Below are positions 18,824-28,786 of a stretch of DNA of 64,000 nt, piece after piece. The translations under genes and the position numbers were made by a program. The notes under the pieces are model-generated. The model ran no database searches. It worked only from the letters and a program-made list of their open reading frames with translations, and was not told where the DNA came from. Source of the DNA: an uncultured bacterium (lineage in GTDB: Bacteria > Verrucomicrobiota > Verrucomicrobiia > Verrucomicrobiales > DEV007); contig CAXBMO010000003.1 of the NCBI GenBank assembly GCA_963977015.1, positions 192,001 through 256,000 on the forward strand. Reading direction: 5' to 3'. Numbering within the stretch: the stretch's first letter is position 1; every line of letters begins with the position of its first letter.

Positions 18824-19867
18824 CTAGCTGCCGTTGGCCAGTTTGACCCGGGTGCTGAAAGTTCGAGAGGTGCGAATGCCCAATTCCTCCAGTTTTTCTT
18901 TCAGCAATTGAATCGAGGCTTCCACATCCAGCGTTCCCTGATCCTCGTTCAACAGCGTTTCCATCGTGGGAAGTGGGGTATCCGGAAAGCGATCCCTGGC
19001 TTGCTGAATGGCAATCGAATCCACCGTCAAAATCGTGATTTCAACGGCGCTGGGGAGCCTGTCCCCCTTGGTCATCGACTCCGTTTCCCGGTAATACAAA
19101 AAGGTCGGTTCGTCTTCCAGGCCCAACGGGGCACTGGTCGCCATTTGAAACATGGCCGCGGAATTGAAAGCCATCCCCATGGGGCCTCCGTCTCCCGCTT
19201 CGCAGCTGGGATGAACTTCCGACTCGGACACCCAGGGGATTTCGTTATCCATGCTGTCCAAACTCTGAAACCACAGCCCAAGCACGCCTTCCGCCACGGT
19301 TGAGACCACCGCCTCTTCGTTGTCGGGATCGGAATCATCAAAGGCAGGTTCCTCCAAATCACTCAGTAAACCTCCGCCTCCGGTTGCGCAGGTCGGTTCC
19401 TCGCTGGCGGATTCACTCGCGGCAACTTGTTGGGATGAAACGAAGGCCGAACCCGTGGGACTCGTAAAGAGGCGCTTCAGCCGGAAGAAGCTGCGGTCCT
19501 CGATGCGCTCCAGATAATAGCCGACTCGACGCAGCTGCCCGTCGCTCCCGAGAGGTGCCAACCAGAAGGCGGCCATTGAGCTCGACGGCACTTGTGGGAT
19601 CTCGGCATTGACGCTTCCACGCAAGGTTGCGCCATTCATGATCTGAAATTGTTGCCGCGGCCCAACAATGGGACTGGCCATTTCGCGCGCGATCAAGTCC
19701 AGCGACGTTCTTCCGGCCTGACTCGCTTCGACCATCTCCTCCCCTCTCACCCAATTGTTGCTGGCAGTTCCCAAAATCCCGCTCAACATAAGCGCCATTC
19801 CGCTGAGAATCGTGAGAGACACGATCACTTCGATCAGCGTGTATCCAAATTGAGGTGGTTTTTTCAA
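18824..19867 (-). CDS. Prepilin, Verru_Chthon C / PilW-like
   Basis: G|YTLIEVIV; FWLAPLG, VGYY and LPSAVEITI motifs. Confidence 0.75.
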   Translation of the reverse strand: MKKPPQFGYTLIEVIVSLTILSGMALMLSGILGTASNNWVRGEEMVEASQAGRTSLDLIAREMASPIVGPRQQFQIMNGATLRGSVNAEIPQVPSSSMAAFWLAPLGSDGQLRRVGYYLERIEDRSFFRLKRLFTSPTGSAFVSSQQVAASESASEEPTCATGGGGLLSDLEEPAFDDSDPDNEEAVVSTVAEGVLGLWFQSLDSMDNEIPWVSESEVHPSCEAGDGGPMGMAFNSAAMFQMATSAPLGLEDEPTFLYYRETESMTKGDRLPSAVEITILTVDSIAIQQARDRFPDTPLPTMETLLNEDQGTLDVEASIQLLKEKLEELGIRTSRTFSTRVKLANGS

Positions 19868-19882
19868 GGTGATTGTTTGGGG

Positions 19883-20443
19883 CTAAAACTCGATTACGGG
19901 TTCAAATTCCGGATCAACTTCACGCCAACTCATTCCCGTCAACGTGTTCACAAAATAGGTCATCGAATCGCGATTCTGGGTCTCTTCACTGACCTCTCCC
20001 TCTTCGTTCACCGGCCAACTCAATTCGATGATGGCAGCGAGGAGTCCCGAGGCGTGTTTATTGAGGGGAAGTGGGTGATCCCCGTGCCGATCAACCACCT
20101 GACTGGAATCCGGCCTCGCCAACCGAACGTCGACACGATAGACCTTTCGGCGTTCCTTCAGCTGGCGATCGGATTCCTGAGGGGGCGATTCGGGAATGAA
20201 TCGGCCCTCTTCGTCATAAAACAACGGAGACCGGCTGATCACTCCTTCCGTCATGGTCGAGCCCTCAATGCGATGATGCACATCGGCGATCAATCCTCCC
20301 AGAATCGTGCGTCGGGTTGAATCGCTGGCCGCTTTGACCCCCATCGCCATCACCCCTACAAACCCGAGGATCACGGTGGCAACCAAGGTGATTGCAACGG
20401 TAATCTCGATGAGCGAAAAGGCCGATTGGCGGTGATGCTTCAT
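19883..20443 (-). CDS. Prepilin, Verru_Chthon B / PilV-like
   Basis: A|FSLIEITVAI and LFYDEEG motifs. Confidence 0.75.
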   Translation of the reverse strand: MKHHRQSAFSLIEITVAITLVATVILGFVGVMAMGVKAASDSTRRTILGGLIADVHHRIEGSTMTEGVISRSPLFYDEEGRFIPESPPQESDRQLKERRKVYRVDVRLARPDSSQVVDRHGDHPLPLNKHASGLLAAIIELSWPVNEEGEVSEETQNRDSMTYFVNTLTGMSWREVDPEFEPVIEF

Positions 20444-21156
20444 GGCCGGTAGATTCGAACGTTGCCCGTGAGATTCGCGATATTGATCTGAGACCAGTTG
20501 GCGACGACGTCGCTGCCGGTTTCAACCTTCGGAGCGGTCCTCACCACATTCCCTGACGGCGCCAAATAACCTTCCACCACTACGACAATGCTTTGGTTGC
20601 TTTCACCCGAAGGGATTCGGGCACTTCCCGTCGGCAAAAATTCGATATGACGGTAGGGAACCTCTTTTCCCGCTTTCTCCACGGTTTTTGCCGTCCCTTC
20701 CGGTTTCAGCACATAGTCGCCGCGAATGGTGGTGCCGTCGTTCTGCGCATAGGACGAACTTCGCACGTAATCGGGAAATGAGGGTTCGAGGATCACGCCT
20801 TCCGGCAAATCCCGCCACCCGGTCAGTGGCTTGTAAATTGGACCGTCGGAGTCTTCGAGACTCCAGATGGAGAAGGACCGCAGTGCCTCACCGGAGTCCG
20901 CCACCGCGTCGCTTTCGTCCGTTACAAACCGAATCTGCGTGATTGTTTGATGTCGAACCGCCTCGGCTCGCGCCATAATCAGATAATTGGCGAGTTCCCG
21001 CGTTGCGGAATTGAGAGTCTGCGAGCCCAGGACCCGTTCTGTCACCGTTCCCAACGCAATCATCGCCAGCAGGATGACTCCCACCACCATGATGAGCTCC
21101 GGAAGGGAGTAGCCAGCTTCCCTTCTGGGGGGAATCCGAAAGTTTCTGTGACGCAT
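20440..21156 (-). CDS. Prepilin, Verru_Chthon D / GspH-FimT-like
   Basis: G|YSLPELIMV; ARAEAV, IEFLPTG and LTGNVRIYRP motifs. Confidence 0.75.
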   Translation of the reverse strand: MRHRNFRIPPRREAGYSLPELIMVVGVILLAMIALGTVTERVLGSQTLNSATRELANYLIMARAEAVRHQTITQIRFVTDESDAVADSGEALRSFSIWSLEDSDGPIYKPLTGWRDLPEGVILEPSFPDYVRSSSYAQNDGTTIRGDYVLKPEGTAKTVEKAGKEVPYRHIEFLPTGSARIPSGESNQSIVVVVEGYLAPSGNVVRTAPKVETGSDVVANWSQINIANLTGNVRIYRP

Positions 21157-21215
21157 GGCAGGCCATCGTAACAGAATGGTAGTTACATGGTATTCAAAAA
21201 GAAGATTTTTTCGCC

Positions 21216-21986
21216 CTATTGAATCTTCAATGCCTGCTCTACCGGGCTGTCGTCATGAACCACAGCCTGAAGGCGTTTTGTGATCAATTCCGGGTTGGGG
21301 TGCTGCCACACGTTTCTACCCACAGCAATTCCCGATGCTCCGGCATCCATCGCATTCCTGACCATGCCCAAAAGAGCGGAATCATCTCCCATGGCAGCTC
21401 CGCCCAGAACAATCAGCGGCACAAAGCAGCCTTCCACGATTGCTCGAAATTCATCGACCGAAGCTCCCGTGGGGTACGCTGTTTTTACGACGGTTGCCCC
21501 AAGCTCCGCGGCCTGCCGAACCGCAAACCCCACTTTTGCAGCCGTGTATTCTTCAGGAAGTCCGAGACCAACGGGAAGCGTTTCGATGATGGTTGGCATA
21601 CCGGCGGGGAGACATTCTGCAATCGTCTCCGCGCATTCCCTGGCGATCTCCGTTTCGTGACTGTGTCCCGGATAGAGCATCTGCATCACGGCGTGGGCGC
21701 CAACTTCTTCCGCCTCCTCGATTCCATAGACCTTGAAGGCTCCTTCCACAGTGTCGGGCTTGTAGACGTCCGTTCGCAGGCAGAGTCCGGTTCCTTCCAG
21801 TTCCTGTTTATAACGGACCGCCGCTCCCAAATTCAACACGAACCCATCGACGTTCGGTTTGACCGATAAAATCAGTTCACCCATTTTCTCAAGACCCTGA
21901 ACCGGAATCGCCGTTCCATGATCCAGAGGGAGAATGACGGTCTTCCCGTCTGATTGAAATAGATTGGTCAACAGGTCCTTTTTCAT
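21216..21986 (-). CDS. Class I aldolase, DhnA/LsrF family
   Basis: PLDHG, AAELGATVVKTAY (Schiff-base Lys), VLGG and GRNVWQ motifs. Confidence 0.88.
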   Translation of the reverse strand: MKKDLLTNLFQSDGKTVILPLDHGTAIPVQGLEKMGELILSVKPNVDGFVLNLGAAVRYKQELEGTGLCLRTDVYKPDTVEGAFKVYGIEEAEEVGAHAVMQMLYPGHSHETEIARECAETIAECLPAGMPTIIETLPVGLGLPEEYTAAKVGFAVRQAAELGATVVKTAYPTGASVDEFRAIVEGCFVPLIVLGGAAMGDDSALLGMVRNAMDAGASGIAVGRNVWQHPNPELITKRLQAVVHDDSPVEQALKIQ

Positions 21987-22028
21987 AACTTCCGCTAACA
22001 TCACCACCATGGTGAGGCAAGGCCCAAC

Positions 22029-22760
22029 TTATTCACTCTCGAGGATCAAGCCCTCTTGGTAGAGATCCTTGTTGCTGGCTTGATATTCTGCCTTCAGTCG
22101 GACCTTGAAATCATAAAGGTCGACCAGCTTCCAGCCCGTAAACTGCCATTGCCCCACGTTTCCGTCGTGCTCAATCCCGACCAGCAGGTGGTGCGCGTCT
22201 TCCACAACTTTGCTGGTGGTGGTGCGGGGCGTGTAATAAAAGGTTCTGAGGGAACTGTTTACCGATCCACGATTTAGCAATTTGGGATCCAGATAGACCA
22301 CTCGCCCCGACGAAAGATGGACGATCCGGAGGTCGGGATATCCTGACGCCTGCGTCTTCCCTTCCCGCGTTTTGGGCGTTTCACAGGAAAAACCGGACAG
22401 TTCATCCAGACGCTTTTGAAGGGACGTTTCAAAATGCCGGCTGACCTCGTTGATGCGCGACTCTTTCCGGGCCGGGCTTGATGCCAAATTCAGTTCGCTG
22501 ATTGCTCCTCGAATCGCTGTGGTAATCGCTTCAAGAATCTCGCGATCCACCTCTTCATCCGGATCCACCTGGAGCACTTGTTTTCCGGTAACCGCCTCAA
22601 TCACTTCGCGAAAAGGAACATCGACACTGCTGGAATGCTCCAAGACCTTTTCGATCACACTCTCCAAATCACCGTTCCCCTGACCGAAACCAACAGCCAG
22701 CAGTCCGGCCCAAATCGACCAGGCTATCCACCAATGCCGAACTGACCGAACGTCACTCAT
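22029..22760 (-). CDS. Hypothetical exported protein with a PD-(D/E)xK-like motif
   Basis: Hydrophobic N-terminus; SGYPDLRI...YLDPK. Confidence 0.6.
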   Translation of the reverse strand: MSDVRSVRHWWIAWSIWAGLLAVGFGQGNGDLESVIEKVLEHSSSVDVPFREVIEAVTGKQVLQVDPDEEVDREILEAITTAIRGAISELNLASSPARKESRINEVSRHFETSLQKRLDELSGFSCETPKTREGKTQASGYPDLRIVHLSSGRVVYLDPKLLNRGSVNSSLRTFYYTPRTTTSKVVEDAHHLLVGIEHDGNVGQWQFTGWKLVDLYDFKVRLKAEYQASNKDLYQEGLILESE

Positions 22761-22769
22761 GGTTACCGA

Positions 22770-23660
22770 TTAATGAGCGACCGGGTGCCATGCGGTCTTG
22801 AACTCCACCGTATCCAAAATCCGATAGGGATCTTCAGCCGCTCCTTTTGACCATTCTGACGAAGAAATCGGCCACGATACGGTCCTTTTGATATTCGTGG
22901 CTCGTCCTTCGGCGAGAATTTCCCGGATCCCGGCGTCCCCGGTTCCATCCACGATCGCATTTACATCCATGTGTTCCGCCAAAACGGGAGCCAACTCATT
23001 TCTGAGACCCGTCAACAAATTGACGACTCCACCGGGAAGGTCGCTCGTCGCCAAGACCTCTCCGAAGCTGATCGAACTGAGGGGATGTTTTTCGGAGCAC
23101 AAGGCGATGACGGTGTTTCCGGAAACGATGGCGGCTGAAACCATGGTCACCAATCCAAGCAATCCAGGTTCATCCGGACAGACCAAGCCCACGACACCAG
23201 TTGGCTCAATACTGGTGGTGTTCCAATGCGGCGACGAAGCGGGATTCACCGTGCCGAAAACGGCGCTGACCTTGTCGCTCCAACCGGCATAATAAACAAG
23301 CCGATCAACACAGTTGACGACCTCGCGAGCCGCCTGGTCGCGGGTTAGTCCCGCATTCCGCAGTTCTTCCCGGAAGGTTTCTTCCCGGCTTTCGAGCATT
23401 TCGGCAATCCGATACAGAATTTGGCCACGGAGATAGGCGGAGGCTCCCTGCCATCCGTCCTGCGCTTTCCGCGCAGCGCGCACGGCTTCCCGAAGGTCTT
23501 TTCGCGATGCTTGACAGTAATTGGCCACGTGAATTGGACTGGAGTTTCCGCTTTGCTTGGTGGCGACAAGGTAACGACCGCTTTCTGTTCGAGGGAATTT
23601 TCCGCCGATAAACAATTTGTAGGTCTTCAGCACCTTCAGGCGCCCCGATTCATTTGCCAT
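22770..23660 (-). CDS. Short aldehyde dehydrogenase family protein (NAD-binding half only)
   Basis: KTYKLFIGGKFPRTESGR, EPTGVVG and LPGGVVNLLTG motifs; no catalytic-Cys domain. Confidence 0.85.
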   Translation of the reverse strand: MANESGRLKVLKTYKLFIGGKFPRTESGRYLVATKQSGNSSPIHVANYCQASRKDLREAVRAARKAQDGWQGASAYLRGQILYRIAEMLESREETFREELRNAGLTRDQAAREVVNCVDRLVYYAGWSDKVSAVFGTVNPASSPHWNTTSIEPTGVVGLVCPDEPGLLGLVTMVSAAIVSGNTVIALCSEKHPLSSISFGEVLATSDLPGGVVNLLTGLRNELAPVLAEHMDVNAIVDGTGDAGIREILAEGRATNIKRTVSWPISSSEWSKGAAEDPYRILDTVEFKTAWHPVAH

Positions 23661-23813
23661 TTGCCCGAACACTAATGCAACTCCTCACGTCGTAAACCCC
23701 GAGTTTATGGCAGTATCGAATTCTAACTTTGACATGGCATTAGCTGCCGTAGTAAAGGGAGCTTTCCAGCGTTCCGCCAAAACCCATTAGCCTCAACCAA
23801 CGTCATTTTTCAG

Positions 23814-25970
23814 GTGCGACACGTCAAACTCTTCCTCATCGCCGCTGCCGGACTTCTCTTGAGTCCCGAGGCGTGGACCTATCCCCTTTCTGAAGAGCAA
23901 CTGGCTCGCCTTCAGGACTACATTCCAAACACGTTGGCGAAATTGCAGCGTCAGGCCCCCGTGCATATCGCCCTGCTTGGAGACGAAGTCAGTCGAGCGA
24001 GCACTCGGGACGGGATCAACCAGAACGTCCTTCTTTCTCTTCATGGCCATTTCCTGAAGGGACTCGAAAAGGAATTCTATTACACCGGGAGCGTCCGTCT
24101 GATCAATCCGATTGACGGGAATCCGGAAAAGTTAAAAGACCATCAGGGTGAGGAGCTGACGTTTGAACATTTCACCTCGGAAGGAGCCACCAGCCTCAAC
24201 AGTTTGCAATGGCTCACAACCACCGCGTTCTCCTATCAGCCGGATTTGGTTCTGATTAACTTTGGAATCAATGACGCCCTTACCAACCTCACCGTCGATA
24301 CGTTTGAAAGATCCCTTCATGAAGCGATCGCGATCTGTCGGCAGAACGGGGCGGAAGTGCTCGTGATTGGCCCGACCCTGATGCGTCTGGAGAAGCGACC
24401 TTCGCGCTGGGGGCTCACCAGGCTTTATGCAAGCGCCGCAAAAAGAGTCGCGAATGAGAATCATGTCATGTTTTTGGATCCGGGGGACTCTCTCGGTGAC
24501 ACGAGGGCGGCACCAAGTCGCGACGATCCCGCAGAAAACTCGGCCTATGTGACGGAATCGCTTGATATGGAACTTTTCGATTACGGTCCCGACATCGAAG
24601 AAATCAAACTCATCAATGCTGCGGCCCACCAAAAAGCCGGGCGAGGGATTTTTGAGCAGTTTCTCAACGGTGCTCCAACCTCAGATTATTTGACCGAGGG
24701 CACGGCGATCCAGGCTTCACCCAACGTCATCAAGCTGCGACTGCGAATTACCAACGAGGGAGAAGAAACCAAGCTGGGCGCGCTTACTCCGCTCGATATT
24801 GGCCAAGCCTGGCAGCCGATTGAGGAACACTTTCAAATCGAAATACCACCCGGCCAATCGCAGGAGATTGTCGCTTCTTATGAGCGCCAGACCGGGCTGT
24901 TGGATGGGCAAAAATCCGAAGTTCTTCCCCAGCGTGGAAATGGAAAGTCCTTCGCGGCTTCATTTTTTCTCAGTGATCTGGACAGGACTCGCCTTGTCAC
25001 GATCGAAGCGCCTCTCACTCCAATCTCGGTCGTTTGGGATTTGGCTCCACGGCAATCCAAAGGCTCAAGTTTCCCCCTGAAATTTCGGATCAACAACCCG
25101 TCCGATAAGGAGATGACGGGTTCTTATGAGCTCAGTTATTCCAAGCAGCGGGCACGGGGAACGTTCCAGCTCGGGCCGGGTGAAGCCAAGGATTTTTCCG
25201 CCCAATGCGGCCTTCCCCGAGATTCAACCGTGGCGCGTTCTCTTGAGACGGTGTTGCTGAAAATTGAGAGCGGTCCCCACTCCTTCACTTTTGAGCGTGA
25301 ACTCGAGGCGACTCGGAATCTTTCCCTGGCCCAGCCGATTGATCTAAGCCGCCTTGATGAGTATGTGGCAGGAAATTCTGGGCCGATCACGAGAGACAAG
25401 CCAACGGTCAGTCTCAAAACGGACGCACAGCCGGATCGGATCTCCTTCAGTTTCGACATCAAAGGACCTCGATTGGAGAATTCTGATGGGGCGGCATCCA
25501 TTCTTCTCGAGTTGGGGCTCGATGCGCGATCAAAGGACCAGATTCACACGTTGGGATTTATCGAGCCGATGCGGTTCCATTTCTTTCCCGCCCGGGAATC
25601 AGGAATTCTTGAGACCATTCCAGTGGCTGCCTTTGGAAGCGGATATGGGAAGACCGTCGATCCTCGTTTTGTCGAATCGAGCTTTATCAAGAACCCGGGG
25701 AGCGAACATTCCTATACGCTAAAGGTGACCATACCCCGCTCCTTTCTTTACCTTCACGAATGGAAGCTTGGCAGCCCCATGTGTCAGATTGGCCTATCGG
25801 CCGATCTCCGCTTTTTGCGTGCCAATACCGAGACCGGGGAATTCGAATACCCCAGAAACGAAACTTGGGTGCTGAATGGCGTTAATTCCCACAAGACGGA
25901 TCCCCGCTCGTTGGTCACCATGGAGCTGCGGACGCGCCAGCCTGTCGGATGGATGGTGACGCTGAAGTGA
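23814..25970 (+). CDS. Exported protein with an SGNH/GDSL-like domain and C-terminal beta-rich domains
   Basis: Signal peptide; LLGDEVS and PDLVLINFGIND blocks. Confidence 0.7.
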   Translation: MRHVKLFLIAAAGLLLSPEAWTYPLSEEQLARLQDYIPNTLAKLQRQAPVHIALLGDEVSRASTRDGINQNVLLSLHGHFLKGLEKEFYYTGSVRLINPIDGNPEKLKDHQGEELTFEHFTSEGATSLNSLQWLTTTAFSYQPDLVLINFGINDALTNLTVDTFERSLHEAIAICRQNGAEVLVIGPTLMRLEKRPSRWGLTRLYASAAKRVANENHVMFLDPGDSLGDTRAAPSRDDPAENSAYVTESLDMELFDYGPDIEEIKLINAAAHQKAGRGIFEQFLNGAPTSDYLTEGTAIQASPNVIKLRLRITNEGEETKLGALTPLDIGQAWQPIEEHFQIEIPPGQSQEIVASYERQTGLLDGQKSEVLPQRGNGKSFAASFFLSDLDRTRLVTIEAPLTPISVVWDLAPRQSKGSSFPLKFRINNPSDKEMTGSYELSYSKQRARGTFQLGPGEAKDFSAQCGLPRDSTVARSLETVLLKIESGPHSFTFERELEATRNLSLAQPIDLSRLDEYVAGNSGPITRDKPTVSLKTDAQPDRISFSFDIKGPRLENSDGAASILLELGLDARSKDQIHTLGFIEPMRFHFFPARESGILETIPVAAFGSGYGKTVDPRFVESSFIKNPGSEHSYTLKVTIPRSFLYLHEWKLGSPMCQIGLSADLRFLRANTETGEFEYPRNETWVLNGVNSHKTDPRSLVTMELRTRQPVGWMVTLK

Positions 25971-25972
25971 AT

Positions 25973-27154
25973 TCAAGCATAGGCAGGTGCCTGCCTGACA
26001 CCTTCGGCGACTCGCTGCATCGAATTCGCGCGATGGACCCAGACGCTTTGCATCATCCCGGTTAGGAACATGCAAATCACCAGAAATGTACCGCCGTAGC
26101 TGATGAATGGCAGCGGGATGCCCGTGATCGGCATAATCAGGACATTCATCCCCACATGTTGGAAGATGTGCGCAAAGAAGAGCCCCACAACGCCAACGCA
26201 AATGAGTCGCCCAACCGGGTCCCTGCTGTAGAATCCGATAAACAAGCCCTGAAGGAGCATCAATGCATAACCCGCCAGGAGCAGAATACTCCCCCGGAAG
26301 CCGTGTTCTTCCGCCAATACGGCGAACACAAAGTCGTTGTGTGCCGTTCGTTTCGGGATGAAACCCAGATTATTGATCGTTTTCGGGTTCATGTAACCTC
26401 GTCCATCAAACCCACCAGAACCAACGGCCTTGATGATGTAGCTCGCGGCATAAGCGCTTCCCTGCGTGTCCACTTCCTTACCGGTAAGCATGTCGACAAA
26501 GACTGTAATCCGCTCCTTCTGATGGGGTTTCAGACCAAAGAAAAAGGCCCAGGGAATGAGCATCAAAGCAACCAATGCCACGGTAATGATGTAACGGAAC
26601 GGAATGCTGCCAACGAGCAACATGGCAGCGGCGATCGGCAACCAGACCATGGCGGACCCAAAGTCTCCCTGAAGTAGAACCAAGCCAAACGGGACGATGC
26701 AGACAACGCCCGCGATTCCCAAGCGTAGGAAATGGTTCCGGAAAACCGGGTGAAATTTATGGAGATGCCCCAAAATCAAAGCCGACATGATAATACCCCC
26801 GGCGACCGCAATCTGGGAAGGCTGAAAGGTAAACCCGCCAATTGAGAGCCAACTGTGGTGGCCATGGACATCGTCACCGGAAATAAGCGCCAAGGCGGAT
26901 AAGCCCAAGCCGATGAAATAGAGCGGAACGCCCCCCCAGTAAACCCACCGGTAGTCGATCAAGCTGGCCCCAAAAAAGATGATGGTTCCGACCGCAATCC
27001 ACATGACCTGCTTGTTCCAGGAAGAATCCAATCCGATATCTCCCTTCGTCCATGTTGCTGAGTGGATGCAGAAGATCCCGAAAATGAGCAGCGCAAACAT
27101 GTTCAACACCAGAATCCAGTTTAGTCCGATGAATTTGCGAAGGAGAGGAGTCAT
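25973..27154 (-). CDS. rodA: SEDS family peptidoglycan polymerase, RodA-like
   Basis: FQPSQ, QGDFGSA, AVGSGG, HNDFVFAVLAEEHGF and PITGIPLPFISYGG motifs. Confidence 0.88.
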   Translation of the reverse strand: MTPLLRKFIGLNWILVLNMFALLIFGIFCIHSATWTKGDIGLDSSWNKQVMWIAVGTIIFFGASLIDYRWVYWGGVPLYFIGLGLSALALISGDDVHGHHSWLSIGGFTFQPSQIAVAGGIIMSALILGHLHKFHPVFRNHFLRLGIAGVVCIVPFGLVLLQGDFGSAMVWLPIAAAMLLVGSIPFRYIITVALVALMLIPWAFFFGLKPHQKERITVFVDMLTGKEVDTQGSAYAASYIIKAVGSGGFDGRGYMNPKTINNLGFIPKRTAHNDFVFAVLAEEHGFRGSILLLAGYALMLLQGLFIGFYSRDPVGRLICVGVVGLFFAHIFQHVGMNVLIMPITGIPLPFISYGGTFLVICMFLTGMMQSVWVHRANSMQRVAEGVRQAPAYA

Positions 27155-27202
27155 GGCTTAACAGGTCAAAATTCGACCCATTTCGAAGAAATTCCAATCG
27201 TT

Positions 27203-27988
27203 TTAGCCAACGCCGCTCAAGGAAAGCAGTTGGCGGGTGTATTCGTGCTGAGGGTGGTGAAACAAAACATCAGGAGCCCCGGATTCCAAAAACTGTCCCC
27301 GGCTCATGACGTGGATGTAATCGCTCATGTGATCGACCGCTGCATAATCCCTCGCAAGATAGAGGAGAGTCACCCGCCAATGGAGTTGAACGTCTTTCAG
27401 TGTGTCCAGAATTCGCGCCTGGCTGATCGTGTCGAGATATCGGGTTGGGTCGTCACAGATCAGCATTCGCGGTTGAGCCGCCAGGGCCCGGGCGATACAG
27501 ACGCGCTGACGGTCAAAAAGATTGAGTTCGCTCGGGTAACGTTTCAAAATTGATCCGTCCAAGCCGACGGAGTCCATCAAATAGATCATCCGATCGTGTT
27601 TCTCCTTTCGCCCGAGTTCGCGTTGGTGGAGGCGGAGAACCTCCAGGAACAATCGCCGAACCGTCCAGCCGGGACGAAAGGCATCATCCGGATCGCTGTA
27701 GATCATCTGGATGTCGCCGCGGAGATGCCGAAACCGACGTTCCCTCATCTTCAAGATGAGGCGATCGTTAAAATACACGGCGCCGTCCGTGGGCCGAAAT
27801 ATCTTCAGGATCGTCAGGGCCAGGGTGGTCTTACCGCAACCGGTTTCGCCGGCAATCCCCACCGTCTTTCCCTCTTCCACTTCAAAACTCACGTCTTTGA
27901 CGACGGGATTTTCCATCGTCTGACGAGAAAATAGACCGCCACTTTGATGGTGATGCACCGTAAGGCCCTCGACGCGAAGCAATGCCAT
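27203..27988 (-). CDS. OppF/DppF-like ABC ATP-binding protein with degenerate catalytic motifs
   Basis: Walker A GETGCGKTT and C-terminal PQHEYTRQLL; signature, Walker B, Q-loop and H-loop are altered. Confidence 0.85.
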   Translation of the reverse strand: MALLRVEGLTVHHHQSGGLFSRQTMENPVVKDVSFEVEEGKTVGIAGETGCGKTTLALTILKIFRPTDGAVYFNDRLILKMRERRFRHLRGDIQMIYSDPDDAFRPGWTVRRLFLEVLRLHQRELGRKEKHDRMIYLMDSVGLDGSILKRYPSELNLFDRQRVCIARALAAQPRMLICDDPTRYLDTISQARILDTLKDVQLHWRVTLLYLARDYAAVDHMSDYIHVMSRGQFLESGAPDVLFHHPQHEYTRQLLSLSGVG

Positions 27989-27989
27989 T

Positions 27990-28769
27990 TTATCCTAAAA
28001 ATCCCGTTAATGGGCTGGTTGGTGACGCCTTCCCCAGTTGCTCCCCCAATCCGACCTCGAAAGCCTCTCGGCCGGCTTCGACCGCTTTCGCAAAGGCCTT
28101 TGCCATTCTTCCTGGATCACTGGCGATCGAAATCGCGGTGTTCACCAAGACGGCGTCGGCGCCCATTTCCATCGCTTCCGCCGCGTGACTGGGGGCGCCA
28201 ATTCCGGCGTCCACCACCACAGGAACGGTGGCTTGCTCCAAAATGATTTCAATCTGTCGGCGCGTTTCAATTCCCCGGTTCGACCCAATCGGAGAACCCA
28301 GCGGCATCACGGTGGCAACCCCCACTTCCTGCAATCGTTTCGCCAAGACAGGATCCGCATTGATGTACGGCAAAACCGTAAACCCTTCGTTCACCAAAAT
28401 TTCCGCCGCCTTCAGGGTCTCAATTGGATCAGGTAAAAGATAAACTGGGTCCGGATGGATTTCCAACTTCACCCATTTTGGCAGTCCTGCGGTTGCGGCC
28501 AGCCTGGTAATGCGAACGGCCTCTTCCGCGTTCATCGCTCCGCTGGTGTTCGGCAGAATCAAAAACTTTTCCGGATCCAAATAGTCCAGAATATTGGCAA
28601 ATGGATCGGCCTCCTCCTTCAAGTTCGCGCGCCGTAAAGCCACGGTCACGATTTCGCATCCACTGACATTCAGAGCATCACGCATCGCTTCATTCGACGC
28701 GAACTTTCCAGTCCCGAGAAAAAGTCGAGACTGAAAACTGCGATCGCCAATTTTGAGAGGTGAGGACAT
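27990..28769 (-). CDS. thiG: Thiazole synthase
   Basis: [37 protein letters not shown] and VLVNTAI motifs. Confidence 0.97.
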   Translation of the reverse strand: MSSPLKIGDRSFQSRLFLGTGKFASNEAMRDALNVSGCEIVTVALRRANLKEEADPFANILDYLDPEKFLILPNTSGAMNAEEAVRITRLAATAGLPKWVKLEIHPDPVYLLPDPIETLKAAEILVNEGFTVLPYINADPVLAKRLQEVGVATVMPLGSPIGSNRGIETRRQIEIILEQATVPVVVDAGIGAPSHAAEAMEMGADAVLVNTAISIASDPGRMAKAFAKAVEAGREAFEVGLGEQLGKASPTSPLTGFLG

Positions 28770-28786
28770 GGGCCGCGACACTAGCA

